A stretch of DNA of 64,000 bases from Chiloscyllium plagiosum (lineage: Eukaryota), in assembly GCF_004010195.1 (NCBI RefSeq), contig NC_057728.1, positions 44,516,381 to 44,580,380 of the forward strand, in the 5' to 3' direction. The notes below the pieces were generated by a model, which did not search any database, had not been told where the DNA came from, and was given only the letters and a program-made list of their open reading frames with translations. Position 1 is the stretch's first letter. Every line of letters starts with the position of its first letter. This document shows positions 24,761 to 37,660 of the stretch, in pieces. Position numbers and translations under genes: made by a program.

Positions 24761-25289
24761 GTCAATGCCTCCGTTCTTCTGTTGTACTGCAACCACAATA
24801 ATGGTGGTCTTTACTGCGCCTGAATCCAACGAATAACTGTATAGCTGCTTAGTAATTGACAAACAAAATGCAATCCTTGATACAAGGACCATGGAGGACT
24901 CTGACCTGAAGGGCCATGGAATGCTTCCACATGAACATTTGACATTGTGGACCTTGTGTGTGCAGCACAAGCCATGCCTTACAAATACAATCAAAAGATT
25001 ACTGAAGAAATCATAGGCAGCATTTCAAACAAGAGAATGTTGATGAATACAATTCAAAGGGAGAGGGGAAAGAAGAGATCAGCTCTGTGCCCTCGTGTCG
25101 ATTATGAGACATTGGATTATCTTTGTGAAATGTGATCCATAGGTGACCCGTTAAAGGTCAACTTTGAAGGCTCCTGCTTCAATGTCTTGATTATAATCTA
25201 GCTGTTTTGACCTGTGACATAGTCAGGATTGCTTATGGCCAAATTTGAATTCATTGATGTGACCTGGATATCACTTGCCAGGACAGTGT

Positions 25290-27100
25290 TTACTGCTCAT
25301 TCCCAGTTGCCTTTGGAAAGGTGGAGGTGAGCTGCTTCTTCGATCTGCTGCATTCCATTTGATGTAGATATACCCATAAAGCTGTGAGGGAGGAAGTTCC
25401 AGCAATTTGACCCATGAAGATCGAAGAGCACATGCTTCCAAATCAAGGTGGACAGTGACTTGGAGGGGAACTTAAGCTGGTTGTGTTCACTCACATCTGC
25501 TATCCTTGCCCTTCTTGATGGCAATGGTCTTTCACTTGGAAGATGGTATTTTCACAGCCTTGATCAACTGCTGCTTGCATCTTATAAATGGCACACATGT
25601 ATGCTATTCTACTTTGGTAGTGGAAGGAGTGAATGTTTGTGTTTATGTTGCCAAGCAAGTGTACTGCTTTGTCCTCGATGGTGGCAAGCTTCGAAAGTGT
25701 TATTGGAGCTGCAGAAAAGTGGGGTAATTCTCATACTCCTGACTTGTGCATTGTAGACGGGGTGGACAGGCTTTGAGGAGTCAGGAGATGATTTACTCAC
25801 AGGATTCATAGAATCTGGCCTGTTCTTCTGACCACTGTACTGTTGTGGGGAGGGGAGATGACAGCTTAGTGGTGGTATCGCTGGATTGTTTAATCCAGAG
25901 GCATAGATAATGTTCTCAGTTCAAATCCTGCCACTGCAGAAATTTGAATTCAATAAAAATCTGGAATTGAGAATCTAATGATGACAAGGAATCCATTGTC
26001 GATGGTTGGAAAAGCTCATTTGATTCACTAATGCCCTTTTGGGAAAGAAACTGCCATCCTTAGCTAGTTTGTTCTACATGTGACTCCAGAACCATAGCAA
26101 TACGCTTGACTCTTAACTGCGCTCGAGGCAATTAGTGATGGACAATAAATGTTTGCCTCATGCCGTGAATTTAAAAAAAAGTCCTGTTGAGTTTCTGATC
26201 AAGTGCAACCCCAGAATGTTGATGGTGAGGTATTCAGTGATAGTAATGCCAATGAATGTCAAGGGGCAAAAGTTAAATTCTCTCTTGTTGAAGAACATTA
26301 CCCGGGAATCGTGTGTCATGAACGTTGCTTCCTTCTTATCATTGCAAGCCTGACTACTGTCCAGGTGTTGCTTCATTTGAAGATGGACTGCTACCTCAGA
26401 GGAGTTGTAAAATGTGCTGAAAATTATACAATGACCATTTATGCTTCTGACCTTATCATGAAGGGAACAGCATTGATGAAGCAGCTGAAGATATTTGATC
26501 ACTACCCTAAGGAGCTCGTGCGGAGAAGTTCTGGAGCTGATGTTACTGACCTTCCAATGACCATAAACACTTCCAATGACCATAAACACAGTCCATGGTG
26601 ATTTTTTTCCCCCAATTCTGATAGACTCCAGTTTTTCTGGAGCTCACAGTCAAATGTAACCTTGATGTCAAATGTAGCTACTCTTACCTCCCCCCTGGAA
26701 TTCAACGCTTTGTCCATGTTTTGACCAAAGCTGTAATGAAGCCAGAAGCTGACTGGCCTTGTGAAGCTCAAACTGAGTATAAATGAATAGGTTATTGCTG
26801 AGCAAGTGTTGTTTAATAGCACTGTTAATGAGCCCTTTTAACATTTAATTAATAGGCAAGAGTAGGTGGATGCGATGGTAACCAGCCAGTTTGGATTTGC
26901 CTTGCTTTTTGTGAACATGTAATACCCAGACAATGTTCTGCATTGTCTTTTGGAAACCACTATTGTAGCTAAACTGTCACAGCCTAGTTCGGCATGTGGC
27001 AAATACTAGAGCACAAGTCTCTTGGGCTATTGCTACAATATTGTCAAGGTCCATAGCTTTTAAAGTATCCAGCACCTCCAGCCATTTCTTAATATCAAAG
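25290..27100 (-). mobile_element. Family B LINE fragment with a family B SINE inserted on + at 25850-26170
   Basis: NSRGEVRVATFDIK antisense; 3' end matches 33840-33900; SINE body matches 59430-59750. Confidence 0.8.
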
Positions 27101-27409
27101 CTTGATTAATTAACTTTCCATGTATTTTCTGATTACATTTATATTACATGGTAATTGAGGAATTGTATGTTTGCTGCTCTTGACATGATGTACTAATGTG
27201 TTTGCTGATTAAGATTTAATGAAAGATAGCCTCTTAAACATTACATTTTCCTGTCAATAAAATTATTCTTTTGTTTTAATTTATTCAATTACTTCCTTTC
27301 TTATGTCGCTGATTTCCTAAATCATAAATTTGTCTATACAAAAAAGTTAAATAAAACATGAATTCAAAAATTGCATCTTACAACAGGCACATTTTCAGGT
27401 CAGTTTTAA

Positions 27410-29500
27410 ATTAAGATATCAGGATTTGTCTATGGAGAGACAGGAAGTTCAATGACCAATGGCCATACTGTTTCTGATCCTCTGATAAACTCACTGTAGC
27501 GCATTTAATTAGAAATGCATTTTGTATAAGTTGCTAGCAGTGAAATAGGTGCACCTGATGCTGAAATTTACAACATACTCCAAAACTCTCAGCATTGCAG
27601 AACACCACATACAGAATAGCACAGCACAGGAACAGTCCCTTTGGCCCACCATGTCTATGCCAATCGTGATGCTATTGTAATCCCATCTGCTTGCACATGG
27701 TCTGTATCCCTCTATTTTCTGCCTACTCGTGTCTGTGTTTAAATGCCTCAAACTTTGTTACTGTATCTGCTTCTACCACCTTGCCTGGCAGTGCATTCCA
27801 AGCACACTCTGTGTAAAGAACTTGTCTCACACATCTCCTTTAAAACTTTTCCCTTCTTACCTTAAACTTCCGCTCCCTAGTATTTGACATTTCCACCTGG
27901 GGAAAAGACTCCAACTATCCACCCTATCTGTCCCTCCCCATTTTATATATTTCCGTCAGGTCACCCCTCAATCTCCGATGCTCTTGTGTAAATAAACTAA
28001 GTTTGTTCAATCTCTCCTTATAGCTATTACATTTCAATCCAGGCAACATCCCAGTAAACCTCTTTTGCACATTCTCCAAAGCCTCCACATCCTTCCTAGT
28101 GCAATGAGTAGAACTGTACACAGGACTCTAAATGCAACCTAACGAAAGTTTTATACAGCTGCAAAATGACTTGCCAACTTTTACACTCAATGCTCTAACT
28201 GATGAAGGCCACTTTCAAGGAGTAATGGACATGACTCCAAGATACCCATGTGTATCAATGCTTCTAAGAGTCCTGCCATTAACTGTAGACTTTCCTCTTG
28301 CATTTGACCTCTCAAAATGCATCACCTCACACTTGTCCACATTAAACTTCATCTGCCATCTCACTGCTCAACTTTCCAGCTGATCTCATTTGATAACCTT
28401 CCTCACTATCCACAATTCCACCGATATTTGGATTGTCCACGATATTACTAATGAAACCACCTACATTTTCATTTAAGTCATTTATAATATACGTATTATA
28501 CATACAAACAACAAATATCCCAGCACTGATCCCTGCAGACACACCCCTCCAAATCGATTTTGTATCCAATTTGCCAACCCCATGTGACTTAATATTTTAG
28601 ACTAGCCTACCTTGTGGAATGCTTTAGTAACTTTCATCTGCTGTCCTGCTCTTATCAGTCATGCTCATCACTTCCTCAAAAAACTCAGTCAAGTTTGTGA
28701 GACAACACCACTGCCTCCCCCCCTCACCCCACATAAAACCATGTTGTCTATCCCAAATAAGTCCATTCTTTTCCAAATGCTCTGAACCATTGTCTTTCTC
28801 AGCAAAATTAACACTCAGCCACAATCCATTTTCCTCTAAACTCTTAGCCAATTGATTTCCTGAAATAAATTATTCCATTAGTTCCCACCATCTAATTATT
28901 CCCACTACTTCAGCTCAAGGATGTTTCAGATGAAAGGAAACTTCCAGACTGAGACTTAACTGGCCACTTCCCAACTATTCCAACAGTCTCAGGTGGCATG
29001 ATAGATATTTTATGTATGAATTTTCTTTTAACTCATTAGCATGTGACAGTCAGTCAGACAGACTTTGATTCAACTCTCTTTAGAAACCAAGCCATTAAAG
29101 CACTTTTGCTTCTCTCTGGTGAAACTTCACATGCATCCCATTTATTTTCTGTGCTCAATCATACTGCTGATGGCATTTTACATTAGACCATTTCTTCAAA
29201 TATGGCATACAGGTCTCCCTCATCCCTTGTGTTTAAATATAAATTGCACATTTTTGTAAAACTTCCCACTCTGTTATAATTTTAAAATCTTCAAATGAAC
29301 GAATTTAGTGGAGGCCTGATCTGGTTTCAGCTTAAAGCTCCATTAAAGAAAATAAATGGTTTCACTTTGTAAGCCACAATACAAGACAAGAGATACTCCC
29401 CTGCTTTTGCAATAACAGACTTTTTTGTGAGACATTGATGACAAAAGTGATGGGATAATTCACGTGAGATTATATCTTTTCTGATTCTTTGATCTGTTTT
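27410..29500 (-). pseudogene. Hantavirid-like L protein, PA-C-like lobe to fingers region (EVE), split by a CR1
   Basis: LYAIFEEM (29189-29212) ~ LCAIFDNL; ERSKSALM ~ ERPFKSSLE; ETVGIVGKWP (28961-28990) ~ STVGASGVYP; KSLEENGL (28825) ~ ESLVENGY; after the CR1, YFTASNL ~ YFSQTRNI and QYGHWS ~ EDGHLS. Confidence 0.78.
27605..28780 (-). mobile_element. CR1 RT/3' fragment
   Basis: DRQHGF..CLTNLTEFFEEV; RKDVEALENVQKRFTGMLPGL; 3' tail at 27605. Confidence 0.9.
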
Positions 29501-31033
29501 TGTGATAAGGATTGGGAAATAACATGATTATCTCAAACATAATACTACTTTACATATTATTAAAGGTTGGATCTGTGCTGATTTGTCGATAATCCAACTA
29601 CATCTGTGCTTCTCTGCTCCATTTGCTAATTGCCAATTGTCTAAATTCATTTCTATAAGAGCTATAAGAGTGTTCAATCTCTCCAACAGCTCAGATAATT
29701 ACAGATTGCATTTTGTCAGCACTCTTACGAGGTGGACTTACCTTTGAATGAAGAGATTGCTAAAAAATTGCTGAATTGTTAAAATTGTATGATGAAAGGT
29801 GTGTGATGTAAATATGGATGTTGTTTACTTTTGTGCAATAAAAATAAGGTCAGAAAATCATTTTCAGTAATTCAGTATGGTTCAAAGTTACTGTATGCCC
29901 CGGGATGATAATGGATGATTGTTTGTCTATATGGGTAAGTTTATTACAGAAGTAAACATTGAAAGTCATTAGCTTACCTTTAGTTTAGAATGATCAAGGA
30001 TTGATTTTAGCTTATAAAAATCAAGAGATTGAAAGTTTTGAAGGAAACCTGACTTGGGTCAGAAACAAACAAAGCTTCTTACCTGCTTTGTCACCAGATT
30101 CTTTTGTTGTTTGCTGAAAACACAGGACAGTTTACCCTTCAGTTTTTCAGTTAATGGTTAGCAGCAACAGCTTTGCTTTAATGATGAGAGAGACTAGCTG
30201 TCTTTCTGATCTTGGTTACTACATTGCAAAGTTGAGGTCCCATCCTGGTGAAGCCACCAAATAGGACTACATAGGTAGTTGTCAAACAGCATAGGTAGCA
30301 AGTGTTAGACATAGTTAAGCTATCCCACAATCAATGCATCTGACCTGCAGTCCTGCCACATCCAGTCATGAATGGTGGTGGACAATTAAACAACTCATTG
30401 GAGGAGGAGGCTCCAAAAATATCCCCATTCCCCGTGGTGGAAGAGCCCAGCACATCAGTGCAAAAGATAAGGCTGAAGCATTTGCAGCAAGTTTTAGCTA
30501 GAAGTGCCGGGTGGATGATCCCTCCCGGCCTCCTCCAGTGGTCCTCAGCATTACAGATGCAAACCTTCAGCCAATTCGATTAACTCCACCTGATATCAAA
30601 AAACAGTTTGAGGCACTGGATACTGCAAAGGCTACAGGTCCTGACAACATTCTGGCAATGGTACTGAAGACTTGTGGTCCAGAACATGGTGTTCCCCTAG
30701 CCAAGTTTTTCCAGTACAGTTACAACACTGACATCTACCTGATAATGCCCAAAATGTCCTGTATATAAAACGCAGGACAAATCCAGTCCGGCCAATTACC
30801 GCCCCATTGGTCTATTCTCCATCATCAGTAAAGTGATGGAAAGTGTCATCATCAGCGCTATCGAACAGCACCTGCTCAGCAATAACCTATGTAGTGATAC
30901 CCAGTTTGAGTTCTACCAGAGCCACTCAGCTCCTGACCTCATTACAGCCTTGGTTCTAACATGGAAAAACAGCTGAATTCCAGAGGTGAGGTGAGAGTGT
31001 CAGCCCTTGACATCAAGGCTGCATTTGACTGAG

Positions 31034-32861
31034 TTGAGAGTGTGGTGCTGGAAAAGCACAGTAGGTCAGGCAGCATCTGAGGAACAGGAGAATCGATGTT
31101 TCGGGCAAAAGCCCTTCATCAGGAAGGGCTTATGCCTGAAATGTCGATTCTCTTGCTCCTCATTCCTGATAAGACCATAAGACCATAAGACATAGGAGCG
31201 GAAGTAAGGCCATTCGGCCCATCGAGTCCACTCCGCCATTCAATCATGACTGATGGGCATTTCAACACCAATTACCCGCATTCTCCCCGTAGCCCTTAAT
31301 TCCTTGTGACAACAAGAATTTATCAATTCCTGCCTTGAAGACATTTAGCGTCCCAGCCTCCACTGCACTCTGCGGCAATGAATTCCACAGGCACACCACT
31401 CTCTGGCTGAAGAAATGTCTCCGCATTTCTGTTCTGNNNNNNNNNNNNNNNNNNNNNNNNNNNNNNNNNNNNNNNNNNNNNNNNNNNNNNNNNNNNNNNN
31501 NNNNNNNNNNNNNNNNNNNNNNNNNNNNNNNNNNNNNNNNNNNNNNNNNNNNNNNNNNNNNNNNNNNNNNNNNNNNNNNNNNNNNNNNNNNNNNNNNNNN
31601 NNNNNNNNNNNNNNNNNNNNNNNNNNNNNNNNNNNNNNNNNNNNNNNNNNNNNNNNNNNNNNNNNNNNNNNNNNNNNNNNNNNNNNNNNNNNNNNNNNNN
31701 NNNNNNNNNNNNNNNNNNNNNNNNNNNNNNNNNNNNNNNNNNNNNNNNNNNNNNNNNNNNNNNNNNNNNNNNNNNNNNNNNNNNNNNNNNNNNNNNNNNN
31801 NNNNNNNNNNNNNNNNNNNNNNNNNNNNNNNNNNNNNNNNNNNNNNNNNNNNNNNNNNNNNNNNNNNNNNNNNNNNNNNNNNNNNNNNNNNNNNNNNNNN
31901 NNNNNNNNNNNNNNNNNNNNNNNNNNNNNNNNNNNNNNNNNNNNNNNNNNNNNNNNNNNNNNNNNNNNNNNNNNNNNNNNNNNNNNNNNNNNNNNNNNNN
32001 NNNNNNNNNNNNNNNNNNNNNNNNNNNNNNNNNNNNNNNNNNNNNNNNNNNNNNNNNNNNAAGTCTAGATAGACCATATCCACTGGGTTTCCCTGGTCTA
32101 ACCTACTTGTTACCTCTTCAAAAAATTCCAACAGGTTTGTCAGGCATGACCTCCCTTTACTAAATCCATGTTGACTTGTTCTAATCAGACTCTGCTCTTC
32201 CAAGAATTTAGAAACCTCATCCTTAATGATGGTTTCTAGAATTTTACCAACAACCGAGGTTAGGCTAATTGGCCTATAATTTTCCATCTTTTGCCTTGAT
32301 CCTTTCTTGAACTAGGGGGTTACAACAGCGATCTTCCAATCATCCGGGACTTTCCCTGACTCCAGTGACTTTTGAAAGATCTCAACCAATGCCTCCGCTA
32401 TTTCCTCAGCCACCTCCCTCAGAACTTTAGGATGTCGCCCACTAGCACTTTCTCTTTTGTAATGGCAACCATACTCAACTCAGCCCCCTGACTCCCTTTA
32501 ATTATTGGGATATTACTCATGTCTTCCACTGTGAAGACTGACGCAAAGTACTTGTTAAGTTCTCCTGCTATTTCCTTATCTCCCATCACTAGGCTTCCAG
32601 CATCAGTTTGAAGTGGCCCAATGTCTACTTTTGCCTGTCGTTTGTTTCTTATGTATTGAAAGAAACTTTTACTATCATTTCTAATATTACTGGATAGCCT
32701 ACCTTCATATTTGATCTTCTCCTTCCTTATTTCTCTCTTCGGAGGTCTTATGTCCAAAACGTTGATTCTCCTGCTCCTTGGATGCTGCCTGACCTGCTGT
32801 GCTTTTCCAGTACTACACTCTTGACTCTGATCTCCAGCAGCTGCAGTCCTCACTTTCTCCT
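31034..32861. mobile_element. Penelope inverted terminal-repeat insertion, itself interrupted by a CR1 (31171-32740, minus, partly N gap)
   Basis: TSD atttgactgag (31023-31033, 32864-32874); CR1 NYRPISLTSVVGK, SQHGF. Confidence 0.85.
31088..31124 (-). ncRNA. Minimal type I hammerhead ribozyme motif (Penelope terminal repeat)
   Basis: CUGAUGA-A-GGGC-UUUU-GCCC-GAAA-CAUC; degenerate copies at 12591-12628 (+), 38758-38796 (-), 62925-62955 (+). Confidence 0.7.
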
Positions 32862-33964
32862 GTATTTGACTGAGACTGACGAAGGAGCCCTAGCAAAACT
32901 CTCTGGTGGTTAGAGTCATACTTGACACACAGGAAGATGTCATGGTTGATGGAGGTCAGTCATATCAGTGCTAGGACATCTCCAAGGAGTCCCTCATGGT
33001 AGTGTCCTAAGCTCAACCACCTTCAGCTGCTTCATCAACAACCTTTCCTCCATCAAAAGGTTAGAAGTGGGGATGTTTACTGATGATTGCACAATGTTCA
33101 GCACCATTCTTGACTCCTCAGACACTGAAGCAGTCCGTGTCCAAATGCGACAAGATCTAGATAATATCCAGATTTGGGCTGACAAGTAACAAGTAACTTT
33201 CATGCCATATAAGTGCCAGGCTATGACAATCACCAACAAGAGACAATCTAACCACTGCACCTTGATATTCAATGGTGTTCCCATCACTGAATCCCCTACA
33301 ATCAATATTCTGGGAGTTATCATTCATCGGAAATTTAACTGAACTTATCACATAAATGCAGTGGCTACAAGAGTAGGTCAGAGGCTAGGAATACTGCAGC
33401 AACTAACTCACCTGCTGACTCCCAAAAACCTGTCCACCATCTACAAAGGACAAGTCAGGAGTGTGATGGAATGCTCCCCACCTGCTTGGATGAGTGCAGC
33501 CCCAACAGCACTCAAGAAGCTTGACACCATCCAGGACAAAGTAGCCCGCCTCATTGGCACCACCTCCACAAGCAGCCACATCCTCCACAACTGATGCTCA
33601 ATAGCAGCAGTGTGTCCTGCAGAAATTCATCAAAGATCATCAGACAGTACCTTCCAAACCCATGACCACTTTCATTTAGGACAAGGGCAGCAGATATATG
33701 GAAACACCACCACTTTCAGGATCCCCTCCAAGCCTCTCAACATTCTACTTTGAAATATATTGCCCTTCACTGTTGCTGGGTCAAAATCCTGGAATTGTCT
33801 CTGTAATGGTATTTTGGGTGAACCCACAGCAGGTGGACTGCAGCAGTTCATGAACGCAGCTCACCATCACCTTCTCAAAGGCAACTAGGGATGGGTAATA
33901 AATGCTGGCCAGACAGCAATGCCCACATCCCACAAAATTTATTCACTTAAAAAAGAGAGAGAAA

Positions 33965-34800
33965 GCAATGCTTTATTTTGCAGTCTGTAGACCTTCTCCC
34001 TCTGTATTGTTCATGCGTAAGTTGGCCACCTGTCCAGGAGCCAGTCTGAGCTGTTGTCATACTGATGATTCCTGGCCTGCATAACTGGTCCTAACTGAAA
34101 ACTCAATCATAAGTCTGCCTCCAGGTGAAACTTATTATGACCACACCCATGGTCTTCTTGGGTCTTGAACCCTGACTGCTTGAATGAAGCAACAATGTAA
34201 ACACAACTTGCAATGAGTTCCAGCAACTTGTTTATAAAAGTGCAGCAACTCATTTCACATTCTTTTCCCATTTTGGTTCCAAAATAAAGAAAACTAAAAA
34301 TATATGGTTTCTACACTAACAGAGCAGGAGCTGTTAGGAGTTTTACTTTATTACAGCTGATCAGATTATACAGCATTTTTCATATTGCAGCTATACATTA
34401 TGAGCATTCACCTGTTCGGCTATCTCTGACTAGTGCTTGGCTTGAACTCCATATTCTGAGAGCTGAAACGGGACAACTTCTTCCCTGGTAGCTTCCTCTG
34501 CATGGACTTCCTTGGCATTTCTGAATTCCTGGCCATCTTCTCTGTTTCAATTTTCAAGTATAAAGCATGCAGCATAAGCAAAATAAACGTCCCTTTAAGA
34601 GAAGTTGTCTTCCTTTGATTGCTATTGCCTTACATGGCTTTTCACCTTCCTCCCTCACAAACACTGATAAACTGGCATTGCTAAATGATGTACAAATCTG
34701 ATTTTAGTCTTTGCCTGTTATTCTGTTGATGCATAGGCTCAGCAATATCCTCTAGTATTTCATACTTGTTTTGGATCAATTTGAATTCTTTGGCATAAAT
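33965..34800 (-). pseudogene. Hantavirid-like nucleocapsid N, copy 2, N-terminal half (EVE)
   Basis: Coiled-coil-like start; ILEP..FTLLLHSSSQGSRPKKTMG ~ DEP..LYMLTTRGRQTTKDNKG; SYAGQESSV.QQLRLAPGQ ~ SLPNAQSSMKAEEITPGR. Confidence 0.5.
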
Positions 34801-34869
34801 TAAGAAACACGTTATTTATTTTTGTGAAATTATTACATGAACATGCAATCAAAATTCTTGTTTGTCTTC

Positions 34870-35700
34870 GTGCTGATTTTTATCTGTAAAACTATTGCCA
34901 AAGACGTTTGGAAAATGTGTACCTTTTCATTAGCCCGATCAGCAACACAATGGACTGGTGATGATTCAAGTCTTAAAAACTCTACTAACAAATCGTGTAG
35001 CATAATCAGTGAAAGCTATTAGTTAACAAATTAAATGATTGGAAATTCAAACACTTCAAGACGTGGAATGCAGGATGTATACTTCAGATTTGATTTGTGA
35101 GTGAAATATCCCAATTCTGAAATGTACCGGCGTCACGGTGTGTTAATAATTATGATATCATAACATTATTATGTTAGTATCTGGAAACCAGATGAGCTTT
35201 CTTACACTTGAAAGGGATATTAGGTAATGGTTTAAGATGCTACATATGACATTATTCACATTTTTATGTCACTCTTACTTTCTTGTGCATGAGACTGGTG
35301 GCAAAAGGAACAAGACACTTTTATTCAAAAATAGAACAGACCCAGTAAATCCTATATCCATTCTAATGGTTTTTTTTACCTGCTATGGCTATTGATTTTA
35401 ACATTAATATGACATCTGATTCTGATAGAACAGATGTTGTCTTTGGAAACAAGCGGGGTTGTTACATTTTCCACCTACTGTGAGTTGTGATAATCTGTCA
35501 TGAAGGCCATGTGTTCGTGAGTGCTCACTGCCTACATTGTGATCTTTGGACTATATTTGCCTCAACAGCAGCAGCAACAATAACATCAATTATATCGCAC
35601 AGTTTTATGAACAACCTTTGGAATATTTCAAAAATAAGTTTGTTAAATTATGTACAGTATATTTGCAGATGTCTCTTCGCAAGTTCCTGATATTGACCAA
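34870..35700 (+). pseudogene. Hantavirid-like Gc C-terminal half (EVE)
   Basis: FICKTIAKDVWKMCTF ~ FLCPEFPGSFRKKCNF; GILGNG ~ GAWGSG; TCYG ~ ICYG; ICHEG ~ CCHGE. Confidence 0.6.
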
Positions 35701-36199
35701 TTCAGTTGAATATTTTAGAGTTGAAAATATTACAGGATATCTCTGAAAGCCATTTATCGAGGGGTAACATTATTCAGCAGGTATCAAATAGTGTTTTGAC
35801 ATCTTAACTTTGTTTAAACACATTTAATTATGTGCTATCTTATCTCAATTTATTTTATATATTTTGAACCAGCTTGAAATAACTTGAAATTAATGAAGGT
35901 ATTGAATTGACAACTAATCTGATTTAACAGATACAATCTAGAAGTATTTTTAATGTATCAAGTGGTCTTTAGAGTTATCTTTTCAAAGGATTCTTAGTTT
36001 GTTTGAAGATAAGCCAAAATATACAACCCATCATAAATATTCTTATTGATATTAAATATTTCAATCTGTCGTCAAAAAATAGCATGGAAATGAAATATGA
36101 AGAATGGAAATGTCATTTAGTTGCATTTTAAAACACATTTTGAGACCTAAGATTTGTATGAAACCTGGATGGCTAGGGAACAGAAGTATGGAAATGCTA

Positions 36200-37660
36200 T
36201 GCTGGGCCACTGCCCATTTCTTCACATATAAGAATTCCTATCTTCAAACAGCAGTCAGTATCAAGATTCCAAGTAAATAAAGTAAATAATGTTATTGAGC
36301 TTATTCCCACCATTTGGGTACCAACCATATTTAATGCTCCAGTCACGTGCTGCAGTGAATTCTTGCTTTTAATAGTGTACAACATGCCCCCAGATTGAGG
36401 TTTGGGTGTGAGGTTAGCAGCACAAAGCTGGAATGAGAAAATCTATTCCCCTTCTAAAGGTTTCCTGATAAAACCTAGAGCTGAGATCTGCGAACTGTTT
36501 GTAACCATTTAAGACCATAAGACAAGGGAAATCATGTCTCACAAACTTGATTGAGTTTTTTGAAGAAGTAACAAAGAGTATTGATGAGGGGAGAGTGGTA
36601 GATCTAATCTATATGGACTTTAGTAAGGCGTTTGACAAGGTTCCCCATCGGAGACTGATTAGCAAGGTTAGATCTCATAGAATACAGGAAGAACTAGCCA
36701 TTTGGATACAGAACTCGCTCGAAAGTAGAAGACAGAGGGTGATGGTGAAGGGTTGCTTTTCAGACTGGAGGCCTGTGACCAGTGGAGTGCCACAAGTATC
36801 GGTGCTGGGTCCACTACCTTGCGTCATTTACATAAATGAACATAGGAGGTATAGTTATTAAGTTTGCAGATGATACGTTTGCAGGTGTTGTGGACAGTGA
36901 AGAAGGTTACCTCAGATTTCAAGGGGATCTTGATCAGATGGGACAATGGATTGAGGAGTGCAGATAGAGTTTAATTTATGTAAATGTAAGGTGCTGCATT
37001 TTGGAAAAGCAAATCTTAGCAGGACTTATGCACTTAATGGTGAGGACCTCCATGCAGCCCATGGAGTCTGCTTTGTCATTCAATCATGGCTGATAAGTTT
37101 CTCAACCACATTCTTTCACTTTCTCCCTGTAACGCTGATTCCCTTGATACTCAATAGCTATCTATCTTAGTCTTAAATATATTCAATGACGTGGCCTCCA
37201 CAGCCTTCTGTGGCAATGAATTTCATAGATTCACCACTCTCTGGCTGAAGAAATTTCTCCTTATCTCCCTTCTAATAGGGCTTCTATTTACTTTTAGGCT
37301 GTGCCCTTGGGTCCTTGTCTCTCTTACCAATGGAAACATCTTTACAATATCTACTCTCTCCAGGCCATTCAGTATTCTGTATATTTCCATTAGATCCCCT
37401 CCCTTCCTTCTAAACTCTGTTGAATATAAATGCAGAGTCCTCAAACTTTCCTCATATGGTAATTGGTTTCAAATTTAATCTCTGCCCAAGTTGCTAATCA
37501 TACAAACGTTGGGGAAGACAGTCTACAGAGAATGCAATACTTGATGAAATTGGAGCACTATCCCTTCATGGCTTTATTCATAGGCCTACCAATGATCTGT
37601 GGTCAAATAAAAATTTCACACATTAGACTGTTCTCTTGGGCTCTTGCCTAACCATCATAA
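36200..37660 (-). pseudogene. Hantavirid-like Gc N-terminal/fusion-loop fragment, split by CR1 pieces (36505-37457)
   Basis: SHEG (shared with copy 1), GAC, RDWSIKYGW ~ RDYQYETSW, CCLKIG ~ VCVQFG. Confidence 0.45.
36505..37457. mobile_element. Two CR1 fragments in opposite orientation
   Basis: + ORF 36547-36861 (YMDFSKAFDKVPH, SGVPQVSVLGP); - ORF 37223-37444 (RRNFFSQRVVNL). Confidence 0.9.

Larger units (their letters stand above)
30240..33950 (+). mobile_element. Family B (L2/CR1-clade) LINE with nested Penelope element and CR1
   Basis: KATGPDNI, GVPHGSVL, MFTDDCT, IYKGQVRSVMEC; tail ending aataaatgctggcc..cccacatccc. Confidence 0.9.

Noticed and set aside
28780..29400. Orthomyxovirus PA-like similarity
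   Set aside because: Hantavirus L motifs fit better and in longer collinear series; a PA-C-like fold is shared by these polymerases
31262..32287. Long ORFs of 217-450 aa here and at 40653-42005
   Set aside because: Artefacts of N gaps inside CR1 elements
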